Part shown: positions 34,831 to 44,362 of the stretch, one piece after another
Layout: every line of letters starts with the position of its first letter
Numbering within the stretch: the stretch's first letter is position 1
From: Clostridia bacterium
Lineage (GTDB): Bacteria; Bacillota; Clostridia; Oscillospirales; CAG-272
Reading direction: 5' to 3'
Assembly (NCBI GenBank): GCA_017537175.1
Contig: JAFYLH010000001.1
Location: 15,387-79,386, forward strand
Length of the DNA: 64,000 bases
The notes under the pieces: generated by a model
Told to the model about the DNA's origin: nothing
The model's input: only the letters and a program-made list of their open reading frames with translations
Databases searched by the model: none
Translations under genes and position numbers: made by a program

Positions 34831-36243
34831 TTACTTTTTTCCGTCCCAGCAGTAGGTACAGAGTCTTTCCTTGGGCAAGCCTGTTGCTTCAACAAGATCG
34901 TCAACGGTGGGATAACGAAGAGTTGTAAAATGCATCTGCTCGCAGATACGGTCTACCATCTTCTGATATTTCTCTGTAGTGGGATCTGCGTACTCTGCTA
35001 TTGTCTCCTCGTCGGGAGTACCTCCCTCAAGCTCGGCTATGACACGACGGGTAATGAGATCCATATTTGAATTGGAGCGGGAGAAGGACAGATATCTGCA
35101 AACATACATAAGGGGAGGACAGCCAAGACGGACGTGGACCTCTTTTGCTCCGCTTTCGTATAAGAAGTCTGTGGTCTCGCGAAGCTGTGTTCCGCGCACA
35201 ATTGAGTCGTCTATCAAGAGCAGCTTCTGCCCCTCGATAAGGTCGTGTATGGCAAGGAGCTTCATCTTGGCGATAAGCTCGCGCTTGGTCTGGTTGGGGG
35301 GCATAAAGGATCTGGGCCAGGTAGGTGTATACTTAACAAAGGGTCTTGCATAGGGTATCTTTGATTCGTTTGCATAGCCTACCGCGTGGGCAATACCAGA
35401 GTCGGGTACACCTGCAACGATATCAGGCTCTACGACTCCCTTATCCTTGCGGGCAAGTATCCTGCCGCAGTTGTATCTCATTTTTTCTACGTTTATTCCC
35501 TCATAGGATGATGAAGGATATCCGTAATATACCCAAAGGAATGCGCAGATCTTCATATCATCGCCGGGTGCAACGAGAGTTTTAACAGAGTCGGCGGTCA
35601 TAATCACTATCTCGCCGGGTCCGAGCTCTTTATAATTCTTATAACCGAGATTGAGATGTGTAAAGCTCTCGATACTTGCGCAGTAGCCGTCCTCCTTCTG
35701 TCCGATGACGATGGGAGTTCTGCCCAGTTTGTCACGGGCGGCGTATACTCCTAAGGGAGTAAGGATAAGCATACTCAGCGAGCCGTCGATGATCTCCTGC
35801 GCGTAGCGGATACCCTCGATGAAATTTTCCTTTTGGTTGATAAGAGCGCATACCAGTTCGGTGGGGTTCACCTCACCGTTGGTCATTTCAAAGAAATGAG
35901 TGGCGGGTGAAATATATTTTTTGAGAATCTCGTTAACGTTGTTGATCTTGCCTACCGTAGTAAGCGCAAAGGAACCGTGATGAGAACGGATATATATAGG
36001 CTGTGCCTCATAGTCCGATATACATCCGATACCCATAGTACCGTGCATAGAGGTAGACTCGGAGGTAAATTTGGTTCTGAAGGGAGAGTTTGATATATTA
36101 TGTATGGCACGGTCAAAGCCGTCCTTTTCGTCGTATACCGCCATACCCGCACGGCGCGTGCCGAGATGGGAATGATAGTCAGTACCGTAAAACAGGTCAA
36201 ATACGCAATCTTCTTTTGAAACTACACCAAAAAATCCGCTCAT
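34831..36243 (-). CDS. purF: Amidophosphoribosyltransferase (class II glutamine amidotransferase plus PRTase)
   Basis: 470 aa. There is an Ntn-type region (GIGCISD...) and the PRPP-binding motif LLLIDDSIVRGTQ. Confidence 0.88.
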   Translation of the reverse strand: MSGFFGVVSKEDCVFDLFYGTDYHSHLGTRRAGMAVYDEKDGFDRAIHNISNSPFRTKFTSESTSMHGTMGIGCISDYEAQPIYIRSHHGSFALTTVGKINNVNEILKKYISPATHFFEMTNGEVNPTELVCALINQKENFIEGIRYAQEIIDGSLSMLILTPLGVYAARDKLGRTPIVIGQKEDGYCASIESFTHLNLGYKNYKELGPGEIVIMTADSVKTLVAPGDDMKICAFLWVYYGYPSSSYEGINVEKMRYNCGRILARKDKGVVEPDIVAGVPDSGIAHAVGYANESKIPYARPFVKYTPTWPRSFMPPNQTKRELIAKMKLLAIHDLIEGQKLLLIDDSIVRGTQLRETTDFLYESGAKEVHVRLGCPPLMYVCRYLSFSRSNSNMDLITRRVIAELEGGTPDEETIAEYADPTTEKYQKMVDRICEQMHFTTLRYPTVDDLVEATGLPKERLCTYCWDGKK

Positions 36244-36330
36244 AGCTGTACCTCTGTTGAAAAATATATATTATTATAGCATATAATATTAAGGTTGAAA
36301 AGTATTTTTAAACAAAAAAATTCAACAATT

Positions 36331-36984
36331 TTATTCTTTTATTTCAAGGGTATCCTCGGTAATATTGCACCCGAGCATAACTACCTCTACTCCTGCCACC
36401 TTTGCTTTTTCCAATGCTGTGCCAAATTCGGGGTGGGTGTCGATATTTGCCCTGACCTCACTTACACACGGCATCTGTATTACAAAGCAGACAAGACATT
36501 TGTAGCCCTCATTTACCGCAGCGGTCAGCTCATTTAAGTGCTTGACGCCTCTCTCGGTGGGAGCATCCGGAAAATAGCCGATACCGTCTATCTCAAGGGT
36601 ACAGCCCTTGACCTCCATAAGATAACGGTCGCTTCCCTTCTCCATATAGAAGTCAAAGCGGGAATTGCCGTAGGTATGCTCCGGCTTTACAAGGTCGTAG
36701 CCCTTTGTCATAAGCCATTCGTATACGACCTTATTCGGTGCCTGGCTGTCTATGTTTACAAGTCCTAAGCCCTCCTTGTATACTGCAATAAGATCGTATT
36801 TTGTCTTGCGGGCAGCGCTTGTTCCCTCTTCCAGGATCACCGTTGCCCCCGGTACAAGCAGCTCCTTGCATCTGCCTGTGTTTTTGACATGGACGGTCTC
36901 GGTATTGCCGTCTATATTCACTTTTGCTATAAATCTGTTGGGGCGCTCGATAAATATGCCCTTTTTAATAATGTTATACTTCAT
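36331..36984 (-). CDS. sfsA: Sugar fermentation stimulation protein A homologue
   Basis: 217 aa. The N-terminus (FIERPNRFIAKVNIDGNTETVHVKNTGRCKELL) is typical of SfsA. Confidence 0.88.
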   Translation of the reverse strand: MKYNIIKKGIFIERPNRFIAKVNIDGNTETVHVKNTGRCKELLVPGATVILEEGTSAARKTKYDLIAVYKEGLGLVNIDSQAPNKVVYEWLMTKGYDLVKPEHTYGNSRFDFYMEKGSDRYLMEVKGCTLEIDGIGYFPDAPTERGVKHLNELTAAVNEGYKCLVCFVIQMPCVSEVRANIDTHPEFGTALEKAKVAGVEVVMLGCNITEDTLEIKE

Positions 36985-37057
36985 ACATCAAGTATATCAT
37001 AATCTCCTTATAAAAGCAATACGGCAGGTCTATTACACCCGCCGTATCACTTTGCCG

Positions 37058-37336
37058 CTAAAGAATGTCATCCAAAATATCATAAGCCGTGCATGGAGTA
37101 ACTGTATTTTGGCACATCAGCCTCGCTATCTCCACCGCTCTCTGTGCTGTACGGGATATATCATACACTAATAATGAATCATTGCCCCATGTCTCTGAGA
37201 TTGCTATTATCAACAGAGAGTACACCTTGTTCAGATCCCGATCGATATTGCCTGCATCCACCGAGCTGATAATACTGTAGCGCAGTTCAATATCAGCGTC
37301 GGTGTCTTTAGCAACTTCGGTAAATATCTCTTCCAT
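37058..37336 (-). CDS. Small hypothetical protein (92 aa)
   Basis: I moved the start to MEEIFTEV, which has an AAGGAGAAGG RBS. The longer track ORF (to 37420) lacks an RBS. I recognised no catalytic motif. Confidence 0.4.
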   Translation of the reverse strand: MEEIFTEVAKDTDADIELRYSIISSVDAGNIDRDLNKVYSLLIIAISETWGNDSLLVYDISRTAQRAVEIARLMCQNTVTPCTAYDILDDIL

Positions 37337-37716
37337 AGTCCTTCTCCTTACAACTGCTGTGATAATTATAACACCTGAACCGATCAAGGTCAAACATATA
37401 CTACCTTTGTTATTCGACAAATTATCTCTTAATTCAGCGACTTTGCTTCTATGGCAGGCACCTGTAATTCAATATAGATCAAATTATGAGGTTGTGGTGC
37501 TGTATTTTGTCGAAAATGGTATAATTATACCGTTTTTGTATAATATTTACTCGTACAATCTTCTTAAGTACATATTGTTATTATTTTTATTATCTTTGTT
37601 AATTATGACAGTTGTGAATTAAGTTTTTTGTAGATATGGATAATGGCTATTGAAAAATACGGAGATATTGATTATAATATACAATATACAATATAATTAT
37701 ATGCGAGGTTATATTT

Positions 37717-38589
37717 ATGAAGCTGACACAGAATGATATTACCAGAGTAAAGGGTCTTGGTTGTCTGAGAGACAAAAGAACCGAGGACTGCTTCAATGTC
37801 CGTGTTATAACCGTTAACGGTAAGCTGACAGCCGATAAAATGCAGGCTGTAGCCGAGGCATCAAGGCTTTTTGGCTCGGGAGAGGTTACAATGACATCCC
37901 GTATGACCCTTGAGATACAGGGGGTAAAATACGAAAGCTTAGAGGATCTGTTTGAATTTCTCAACAAGCACGGTCTGGAGTCGGGAGGTACAGGTCCTAA
38001 GGTAAGACCTGTGGTATCCTGTAAGGGTACTACCTGTCAGTACGGTCTGATAGATACATTTTCTCTCTCCGAAAAGATACACGAGCGCTTTTATAAGGGT
38101 ATGCACGATGTTACACTGCCCCATAAATTCAAGATAGCTGTAGGCGGCTGTCCCAACAGCTGTGTAAAGCCCGAGACCAACGATATAGGTATAGTGGGTC
38201 AGAGAGTTCCTGTATTCAATGAGGATAAGTGTAAAAGCTGCAAGGTATGCTCCGCTGCCGAAATTTGCGCTGTTAAGGCCGCGTCCTTTGACGGTGGATT
38301 TAAGATAAAGGAAACCTGTAACGGCTGCGGCAGATGTATTGCAAAATGTCCCTTTGGAGCTGTTGAAGAAAAGGTAAACGGCTACAAAATGTATATCGGC
38401 GGCAGATGGGGCAAGAAAAAGGCTATGGCTATGCCTCTGTCAAAGGTATTTGCAAGTGAAGAGGAGCTGCTGGATGCTGTTGAAAGAGCTATACTCTTCT
38501 TTAAGGACGAGGGTATTGCAGGGGAGAGATTCTCTGATACTATCGCCCGTCTTGGCTTTGAATACGCAGAAAGCAAGATAATCAAGTGA
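37717..38589 (+). CDS. Nitrite/sulfite-reductase-like 4Fe-4S/siroheme-domain protein with a 2x[4Fe-4S] ferredoxin insert
   Basis: 290 aa. It has a NIR_SIR ferredoxin-like N-terminus, the Cys motif CKGTTCQYG...GGCPNSC, and two CxxCxxCxxxC(P) clusters. Its stop overlaps the next start (GTGA). Confidence 0.65.
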   Translation: MKLTQNDITRVKGLGCLRDKRTEDCFNVRVITVNGKLTADKMQAVAEASRLFGSGEVTMTSRMTLEIQGVKYESLEDLFEFLNKHGLESGGTGPKVRPVVSCKGTTCQYGLIDTFSLSEKIHERFYKGMHDVTLPHKFKIAVGGCPNSCVKPETNDIGIVGQRVPVFNEDKCKSCKVCSAAEICAVKAASFDGGFKIKETCNGCGRCIAKCPFGAVEEKVNGYKMYIGGRWGKKKAMAMPLSKVFASEEELLDAVERAILFFKDEGIAGERFSDTIARLGFEYAESKIIK

Positions 38590-39506
38590 AAAGACTTTTA
38601 ACTATAGTACTTTTATCAGTTATCCTTACAGGATGTACACCCAAGGTTGTATCGGTGGATGGATGCTTTTATAGCTTTACCGATTCGTCGGGCTATGAGG
38701 TGATCCTTGCAGACAAGCCCCAACGGGTGGCAGTTCTTTTCTCCTCCTATGCCGAGATATGGAATATCTCGGGAGGGACTGTGGATATCAGCGTAGCGGA
38801 AAGTGTGGAAAGAGGCTTTTGCGGCAAGGATACTGTTCTTGTGGATGACAAAAGCGGTCATACAGCAATAAATACAGAGCTTCTTTTGGCAAGCAAGCCT
38901 GATCTGGTAATAGGAACCCTTGACCACGAGATCCAACGGGAATGTGCGGAGCTTTGCCGTAATGCGGGTATTCCGGCGGCACTTTTCAAAGTCGAGGGCT
39001 TTGAGGATTATCTCAAGATGCTCAGGATATGCTGTGATATCAATGAAAACGAGGAAAGCTACAGGATATACGGCTCCGATATAGAAAAGGAGATAAACGG
39101 ACTTTTAGATACCGTACCCGATAAAAAAACAGAAATTCTCTTTGTCCGTTGCGGCTCGGCTGAGCGATCCACCAAGGCAAAGACGGCAGAAAACAACTTT
39201 GTTTGCAAAATGCTTTGTGAGCTTGGCACATATAATATTGCACAAAATGCGCCAATACTCCTTGACGGACTGAGTATAGAGGAAATAATCAAGGAGGATC
39301 CCGAGCATATCTTTGTCACCACAATGGGGGATGAGAAGGCTGCGCAGGACTATTTTTCTTCCCTGCTTAAAACAGAGGGGTGGAGCTCGCTTACCGCGGT
39401 AAAGACAGGGAATGTGCATTTTCTGCCCAAAAACGACTTTCATTATAAGCCCAACCACCGTTGGGCAGAGGCATACAGGTATCTGTATGAGCTGATATAT
39501 GCTTAA
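38586..39506 (+). CDS. ABC transporter substrate-binding lipoprotein (iron-siderophore/heme/cobalamin class, PBP type 8)
   Basis: It has a GTG start and a lipobox (VILTGC). The length and layout are FecB/BtuF-like, and it is followed by a FecCD permease and an ATPase. Confidence 0.75.
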   Translation: MKRLLTIVLLSVILTGCTPKVVSVDGCFYSFTDSSGYEVILADKPQRVAVLFSSYAEIWNISGGTVDISVAESVERGFCGKDTVLVDDKSGHTAINTELLLASKPDLVIGTLDHEIQRECAELCRNAGIPAALFKVEGFEDYLKMLRICCDINENEESYRIYGSDIEKEINGLLDTVPDKKTEILFVRCGSAERSTKAKTAENNFVCKMLCELGTYNIAQNAPILLDGLSIEEIIKEDPEHIFVTTMGDEKAAQDYFSSLLKTEGWSSLTAVKTGNVHFLPKNDFHYKPNHRWAEAYRYLYELIYA

Positions 39507-40458
39507 AAAATTCATTTTGCTCCTTATCTTGCTTATATTAAGCATTGCACTTGCCCTTTGTGTAGGTGCGGTCAATATATTTGCCTGTGATAAGGACACC
39601 CTTTATACAATACTTACCACAATACGCCTGCCCCGTGTGCTTGGTGCCGCCCTGTGCGGTGCCGCACTTGCTACAGGCGGAACAATACTGCAATGTGTTA
39701 CCCAAAACCACCTCAGCGCGCCCTCTGTTATAGGTATTAACTCGGGGGCGGGGTTTGCAGTCATACTGACCCTTTGCTTTATTCCCTCTCTTTGGATGCT
39801 TTTGCCTGTGGCTGCCTTTTTGGGTGCCATACTCAGCTGTGCTCTTATAATGGGTATAGCCTTCGGTACAGGTAAAAAAACAGGCGGAAGTATTATCATT
39901 CTCTGCGGTGTGGCCGTTTCTTCAATGCTTTCGGCAGGGATATCCTTTTTGTCGCTTCGGTATCCCGATGTGTTAAGCTCCTATACCGCTTTTTCGGTAG
40001 GAGGCTTCTCGGGTACAGGCTGGAGAGAGCTTTTGATACCCTGTATAATTATTCATATTGCTCTTATCGTTTTACAGGCTATCTCTCCCAAGCTGAACCT
40101 GCTTTGCTTAGGTGATGAGATGGCTTCTACCCTTGGTGTAAATGTCAGATCAATACGCATAACCGCCCTTATCTGCACCTCTGCACTGTGCGCCTGTGCG
40201 GTATCCTTTGCAGGTCTTTTGGGATTTGTGGGACTTATAGTACCTCATATTGTCCGCCGTATGGCCGGAAATGATATACGGTACAATATCCCCCTTTCTT
40301 ACACGGCGGGTGCGGTGCTGTGTGTACTCTCGGATCTTTTGGGAAGAACCCTTTTTACCCCTACAGAGCTTCCCTGCGGTATAATTATGGCATTTATAGG
40401 TGCTCCCTTCTTCCTTTATTTGCTTATAGCAAGGAGGTACAAAGGTGATAGAATGTAA
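39499..40458 (+). CDS. FecCD/BtuC-family ABC permease
   Basis: 319 aa and polytopic. The conserved LPRVLGAALCGAALATGG and MAFIGAPFFLYLL regions are present. Confidence 0.88.
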   Translation: MLKKFILLLILLILSIALALCVGAVNIFACDKDTLYTILTTIRLPRVLGAALCGAALATGGTILQCVTQNHLSAPSVIGINSGAGFAVILTLCFIPSLWMLLPVAAFLGAILSCALIMGIAFGTGKKTGGSIIILCGVAVSSMLSAGISFLSLRYPDVLSSYTAFSVGGFSGTGWRELLIPCIIIHIALIVLQAISPKLNLLCLGDEMASTLGVNVRSIRITALICTSALCACAVSFAGLLGFVGLIVPHIVRRMAGNDIRYNIPLSYTAGAVLCVLSDLLGRTLFTPTELPCGIIMAFIGAPFFLYLLIARRYKGDRM

Positions 40459-41161
40459 AAATCTGTCTGTTAAAGGCATCCTCCGTGATATATCATTCAA
40501 GGCAAATGCCGCAGAGATAACCGTTATTATCGGCAAAAACGGTAGCGGTAAGACCACACTTTTAAGGTGTCTGTCAAATGCTGTCGGATATAAGGGTGAG
40601 GTCTTTATAAATAATAAGGAAGTAAAATGCTACGGCAAAAACGAGCTTTCAAGGTTGATAGCTCTTATGCCACAGTCTCTCCCACTTCCCGATGTCAGCC
40701 TCAGAAGGCTTGTTGGATTTGGCAGAGCGCCCTATACAGGCTTTAGCGGAAGGTTATCACTTGAGGACAATAAGATCATCGATTCTGCCATCCAGGCGGT
40801 GGGTCTGGGTAATATTGCCGACAGGAGCATCACTCTGCTGTCAGGCGGCGAGAGGCGTCTTGCGTATTTTGCAATGCTTCTTTGTCAGTCAACACCGGTT
40901 ATTATCTGTGATGAGCCTACGGCTAATCTTGACACAGAGCATCAAAAGGCTATTCTTTCGCTTCTCTGTAAACAAAGAGAGCTTGGCAAGACGGTTATTT
41001 GTGTACTCCACGATATAAATCAGACCGTAGAGATCGCTGACCGTATACTTTTGATCGATTCGGGTACTCTGAGCTTTTACGGAACCGAGCTTTATGATCT
41101 GCCTGTAAGCCATTTTGGCCTGACCGAATATGACTGCAACGGCAAAAAGCTGTACTTGTGA
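40445..41161 (+). CDS. ABC transporter ATP-binding protein (FepC/BtuD-like)
   Basis: It has Walker A (GKNGSGKTT), the signature LSGGERRL and Walker B (VIICDEP). Confidence 0.9.
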   Translation: MIECKNLSVKGILRDISFKANAAEITVIIGKNGSGKTTLLRCLSNAVGYKGEVFINNKEVKCYGKNELSRLIALMPQSLPLPDVSLRRLVGFGRAPYTGFSGRLSLEDNKIIDSAIQAVGLGNIADRSITLLSGGERRLAYFAMLLCQSTPVIICDEPTANLDTEHQKAILSLLCKQRELGKTVICVLHDINQTVEIADRILLIDSGTLSFYGTELYDLPVSHFGLTEYDCNGKKLYL

Positions 41162-41180
41162 ATAAAGTTTGAAAAAACTA

Positions 41181-41209
41181 TTGACAAACGGTATTCATAG
41201 TGCTACAAT
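41181..41209 (+). promoter_or_regulatory. Putative aro operon promoter
   Basis: TTGACA (41181-41186), a 17-nt spacer, then TACAAT (41204-41209). Confidence 0.5.
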
Positions 41210-41237
41210 GTAATTAATTCTTTAACGGAGTAAACCA

Positions 41238-41306
41238 ATGAAGCAGAATTTCTACTTTAGCAACAACTATTTTTACTTTACTGAGTATTTTGGTAAGGTC
41301 ATTTAG
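41238..41306 (+). CDS. Candidate Phe/Tyr-rich leader peptide (22 aa)
   Basis: Hand translation gives MKQNFYFSNNYFYFTEYFGKVI*, with 5 Phe and 4 Tyr in 22 residues. A GGAG lies 7 nt upstream of the ATG. It sits between the promoter and a terminator hairpin, upstream of the aromatic biosynthesis genes. Confidence 0.55.
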   Translation: MKQNFYFSNNYFYFTEYFGKVI

Positions 41307-41345
41307 TGTTGCCGTGATTTATTGGTCTTAAATAAGATTATTTAA

Positions 41346-41380
41346 CCCCGGTAACTAAAAGGTTATCGGGGCTTTATTAT
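41346..41380 (+). terminator. Attenuator terminator in the aro leader
   Basis: Hairpin CCCCGGTAAC-TAAAAG-GTTATCGGGG (10 bp including one G-U) followed by CTTTATTATT. The left arm (CGGTAAC) can alternatively pair with GTTGCCG at 41308-41314, just after the leader stop codon. Confidence 0.55.
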
Positions 41381-41406
41381 TAAATATAATTTTAAGGAGA
41401 TATATT

Positions 41407-42414
41407 ATGATCATCGTTTTAAAGGAGCAGCCCGAGGCACAACAGCTGCAAAATCTTGAGGAGTGGCTTATAGGCTTAGGACTTGAAATACATCATTCTG
41501 AGGGTATTCACTCTACCGTTTTGGGTCTTGTTGGTGACACAAGCCGTGTTGACACGGATCTTATTGAAGCCCTTGATATAGTTGCAAGTGTTAAACGGAT
41601 CCAGGAGCCCTATAAGAACGCAAACCGTAAGTTCCATCCATTAAACAGCGTTATAAACATAGGCGACACCTCTATAGGCGGTGACATATTTGCCAAGATA
41701 GCAGGTCCCTGCTCGGTTGAGAGCGAGGAGCAGATAATCTCCATAGCTAAGGATGTCAAGGCTGCCGGTGCTACGATGCTCCGCGGCGGTGCATTCAAGC
41801 CAAGAACCTCTCCCTATGCCTTCCAGGGTATGGGCGGTGACGGTATAGAGCTGCTTCTCAAAGCCAAGAAGGAAACAGGTCTTCCCATAGTTACCGAGGT
41901 TATGGACTTAAGTCAGCTTGATCTGTTCGCAGATGTGGATGTTATCCAGGTTGGCGCAAGAAATATGCAGAACTTCCAGCTCTTAAAGGAGCTTGGACAC
42001 TCAAACAAGCCTATTCTCTTAAAGAGAGGTCTTGCGGCTACCATAAGCGAGCTTCTTATGTCGGCTGAATATATAATGGCAGGCGGTAACGAAAATGTCA
42101 TCCTCTGCGAACGTGGTATCCGTACCTTTGAGACTGCAACCCGAAATACCCTTGATATATCAGCTGTTCCTGTACTCAAGGAGCTTTCTCATCTGCCTGT
42201 GGTAATCGACCCCAGCCACTCGGCGGGTATTGCAAGATATGTGCATACCCTGACTATGTCGGCGGTAGCGGCTGGTGTTGACGGTATTATGATAGAGGTA
42301 CACAACGATCCTGCAAAGGCCCTCTGCGACGGGCCTCAGTCGATAAAGCCTGATGCCTTTGCAAAGATATCAAAGGATATAGATACACTTCTTGACACGG
42401 TAAAAGGATTTTAA
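41407..42414 (+). CDS. aroF: 3-deoxy-7-phosphoheptulonate (DAHP) synthase, type I-beta, with an N-terminal ferredoxin-like regulatory domain
   Basis: 335 aa. A KDO8P/DAHPS I-beta core (GPCSVES...KPRTSPY...DPSH) is preceded by a ~70-aa extra domain. Confidence 0.9.
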   Translation: MIIVLKEQPEAQQLQNLEEWLIGLGLEIHHSEGIHSTVLGLVGDTSRVDTDLIEALDIVASVKRIQEPYKNANRKFHPLNSVINIGDTSIGGDIFAKIAGPCSVESEEQIISIAKDVKAAGATMLRGGAFKPRTSPYAFQGMGGDGIELLLKAKKETGLPIVTEVMDLSQLDLFADVDVIQVGARNMQNFQLLKELGHSNKPILLKRGLAATISELLMSAEYIMAGGNENVILCERGIRTFETATRNTLDISAVPVLKELSHLPVVIDPSHSAGIARYVHTLTMSAVAAGVDGIMIEVHNDPAKALCDGPQSIKPDAFAKISKDIDTLLDTVKGF

Positions 42415-42416
42415 TT

Positions 42417-43253
42417 ATGAAAAAAACAGTAGGTATTATAGGTCTCGGTCTTATCGGCGGTTCACTTGCTAAGGCCTTTAAAAAGCATACAAATCATACT
42501 ATTTTAGGCTATAACCGTACCCTCACCGTCTGTAAAAAGGCGCTGGAGGATGAGTCTATTGATGAGATAATGACTATAGAGGATCTGGGTAGATGCGATA
42601 TGGTCATAGTAGCGCTCTATCCCGAGGCTACCATCAATTTTGTAAAGGATAACATTTCTCTTTTCAAAAAAAGTGCGGTAATAATGGACTGCTCGGGTAC
42701 AAAGCAGATGGTCTGCACAGAGCTGTCCCCCCTTTGCCGTGAGAACGGTCTCTACTTTATAGGCGGACATCCTATGGCAGGCATAGAGCGCTCGGGCTAC
42801 AAATATTCATATGCCGAGATGTATGAGGGTGCTACAATGATCCTCTGCCGTGATGAAAACACTAATCTTATTGCCTTAAAGGCTGCGGAGCTTCTGTTCC
42901 TTGAAATAGGCTTTGGACGTGTAACCGTAACCGATGCAAAGACCCACGACTCAAATATTGCATTTACCTCACAGCTTGCCCACGTGGTATCAAATGCCTT
43001 TATCAAAAGTCCTACAGCCAAGCGTCAGGACGGCTTCTCTGCCGGCAGCTACAAGGATCTTACCCGTGTTGCAAGGCTTAACGAGGATATGTGGACAGAG
43101 CTTTTCTTTGATAACAAGGCTCCGCTGAGTTATGAAATTGAAACCATAATCGAGAGCTTACAGCAGTATCTTGATGCTTTAAATTGTGATGACAGAGAAA
43201 AAATGAGAACACTTCTGCGTGAAGGCAGAGAGGCTAAAGAGTCTATCGGCTAA
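42417..43253 (+). CDS. tyrA: Prephenate dehydrogenase
   Basis: 278 aa with a Rossmann motif (VGIIGLGLIGGSLA) and GGHPMAG. Confidence 0.87.
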   Translation: MKKTVGIIGLGLIGGSLAKAFKKHTNHTILGYNRTLTVCKKALEDESIDEIMTIEDLGRCDMVIVALYPEATINFVKDNISLFKKSAVIMDCSGTKQMVCTELSPLCRENGLYFIGGHPMAGIERSGYKYSYAEMYEGATMILCRDENTNLIALKAAELLFLEIGFGRVTVTDAKTHDSNIAFTSQLAHVVSNAFIKSPTAKRQDGFSAGSYKDLTRVARLNEDMWTELFFDNKAPLSYEIETIIESLQQYLDALNCDDREKMRTLLREGREAKESIG

Positions 43254-43327
43254 GCGGCAAGTTGCCGCTGCCAAAATCGGGTGAAGCAAGAAGAACAAAT
43301 CACACGAGGATGAAGGAAGATAAAATC

Positions 43328-44362
43328 ATGAAGAATATCAATGTTAAGACATCTAAACCATATGAAGTCAGGGTCGGAAAAGGACTTTTAGAAAATATTG
43401 CCCGGGAAATATCCGACCTTAAAAAGCCGGAAAAATGTATGATAATATCGGATGATATCGTATTTTCCCTCTACGGTGAGAGAGTAAAGAAATCCCTTAC
43501 CGAGGCGGGATATACCGTATACGAGGCGGTGTTCCCTCACGGAGAGGAATCAAAGAATATGGAAACCGCACTTTCGCTCTTAACAGCTTGCTTTGAGGCA
43601 GGACTTACCCGCTCCGACTTTATTATAGCCCTTGGCGGCGGTATAGTCGGGGATGTATGCGGCTTTGTCTCCTCTATATATCTACGCGGCATTGATTTTA
43701 TACAGATTCCCACCACCCTGCTTGCGGCAATAGATTCATCGGTAGGCGGCAAAACAGGAGTTAATACAGACTACGGTAAGAACCTTATCGGTGCCTTCCA
43801 TCAGCCTGTAAGAGTGCTCTGCGATACCGATACCTTTAACACTCTGCCCTATGACATATATACCGCAGGTATATGCGAGGCTTTGAAATACGGAGTTATC
43901 CGTGACGGGGACCTCTTTTATGCCATAGGTAACGGAGATATAGAGGACATCGTGTGCAGATGTGTACAGATAAAGGCAGATATTGTAGAAAATGACGAGT
44001 TTGACCACGGTGAGCGACAGCTTCTTAACTTCGGTCATACACTTGGTCATTCTATCGAGGCTTTAAGCAATTTTGAGATATCCCACGGTCACGCCGTAGG
44101 TCTGGGAATGCTTATAATGACCCGTGCCTGTGAAAACCGCGGACTTTGCGAAAAAGGTATATCAAACGAAATAGAAAAGGCTTTGAAGAGCTTTGAAATT
44201 GATACAGATATCAGCTACACGGCAAAGGAATTGGCATCCTTTGCTATGTCTGACAAAAAGCGCAAGGGTAACAAAATAACCCTTGTTATTCCCGAAAAGA
44301 TGGGAAAATGCGTATTACACACCATATCTACAGATAATTTAGAGGAATTTATCAGCTTATGA
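43328..44362 (+). CDS. aroB: 3-dehydroquinate synthase
   Basis: I trimmed the start to MKNINVKT. It has GGGIVGD and the metal-binding motif HTLGHSIE. Confidence 0.9.
   Translation: MKNINVKTSKPYEVRVGKGLLENIAREISDLKKPEKCMIISDDIVFSLYGERVKKSLTEAGYTVYEAVFPHGEESKNMETALSLLTACFEAGLTRSDFIIALGGGIVGDVCGFVSSIYLRGIDFIQIPTTLLAAIDSSVGGKTGVNTDYGKNLIGAFHQPVRVLCDTDTFNTLPYDIYTAGICEALKYGVIRDGDLFYAIGNGDIEDIVCRCVQIKADIVENDEFDHGERQLLNFGHTLGHSIEALSNFEISHGHAVGLGMLIMTRACENRGLCEKGISNEIEKALKSFEIDTDISYTAKELASFAMSDKKRKGNKITLVIPEKMGKCVLHTISTDNLEEFISL

Noticed and set aside
37421-37716. Cobalamin riboswitch or Fur box upstream of the Fe-S protein and ABC importer unit.
   Set aside because: The region is AT-rich and promoter-like. 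I found no B12-box-like GCCACTG element and no 19-bp Fur palindrome.
41210-41406. T-box leader upstream of the aro operon.
   Set aside because: The leader is only ~200 nt and lacks the conserved T-box sequence (AGGGTGGNACCGCG-like) and a specifier-loop architecture. A leader-peptide attenuator explains the terminator better.
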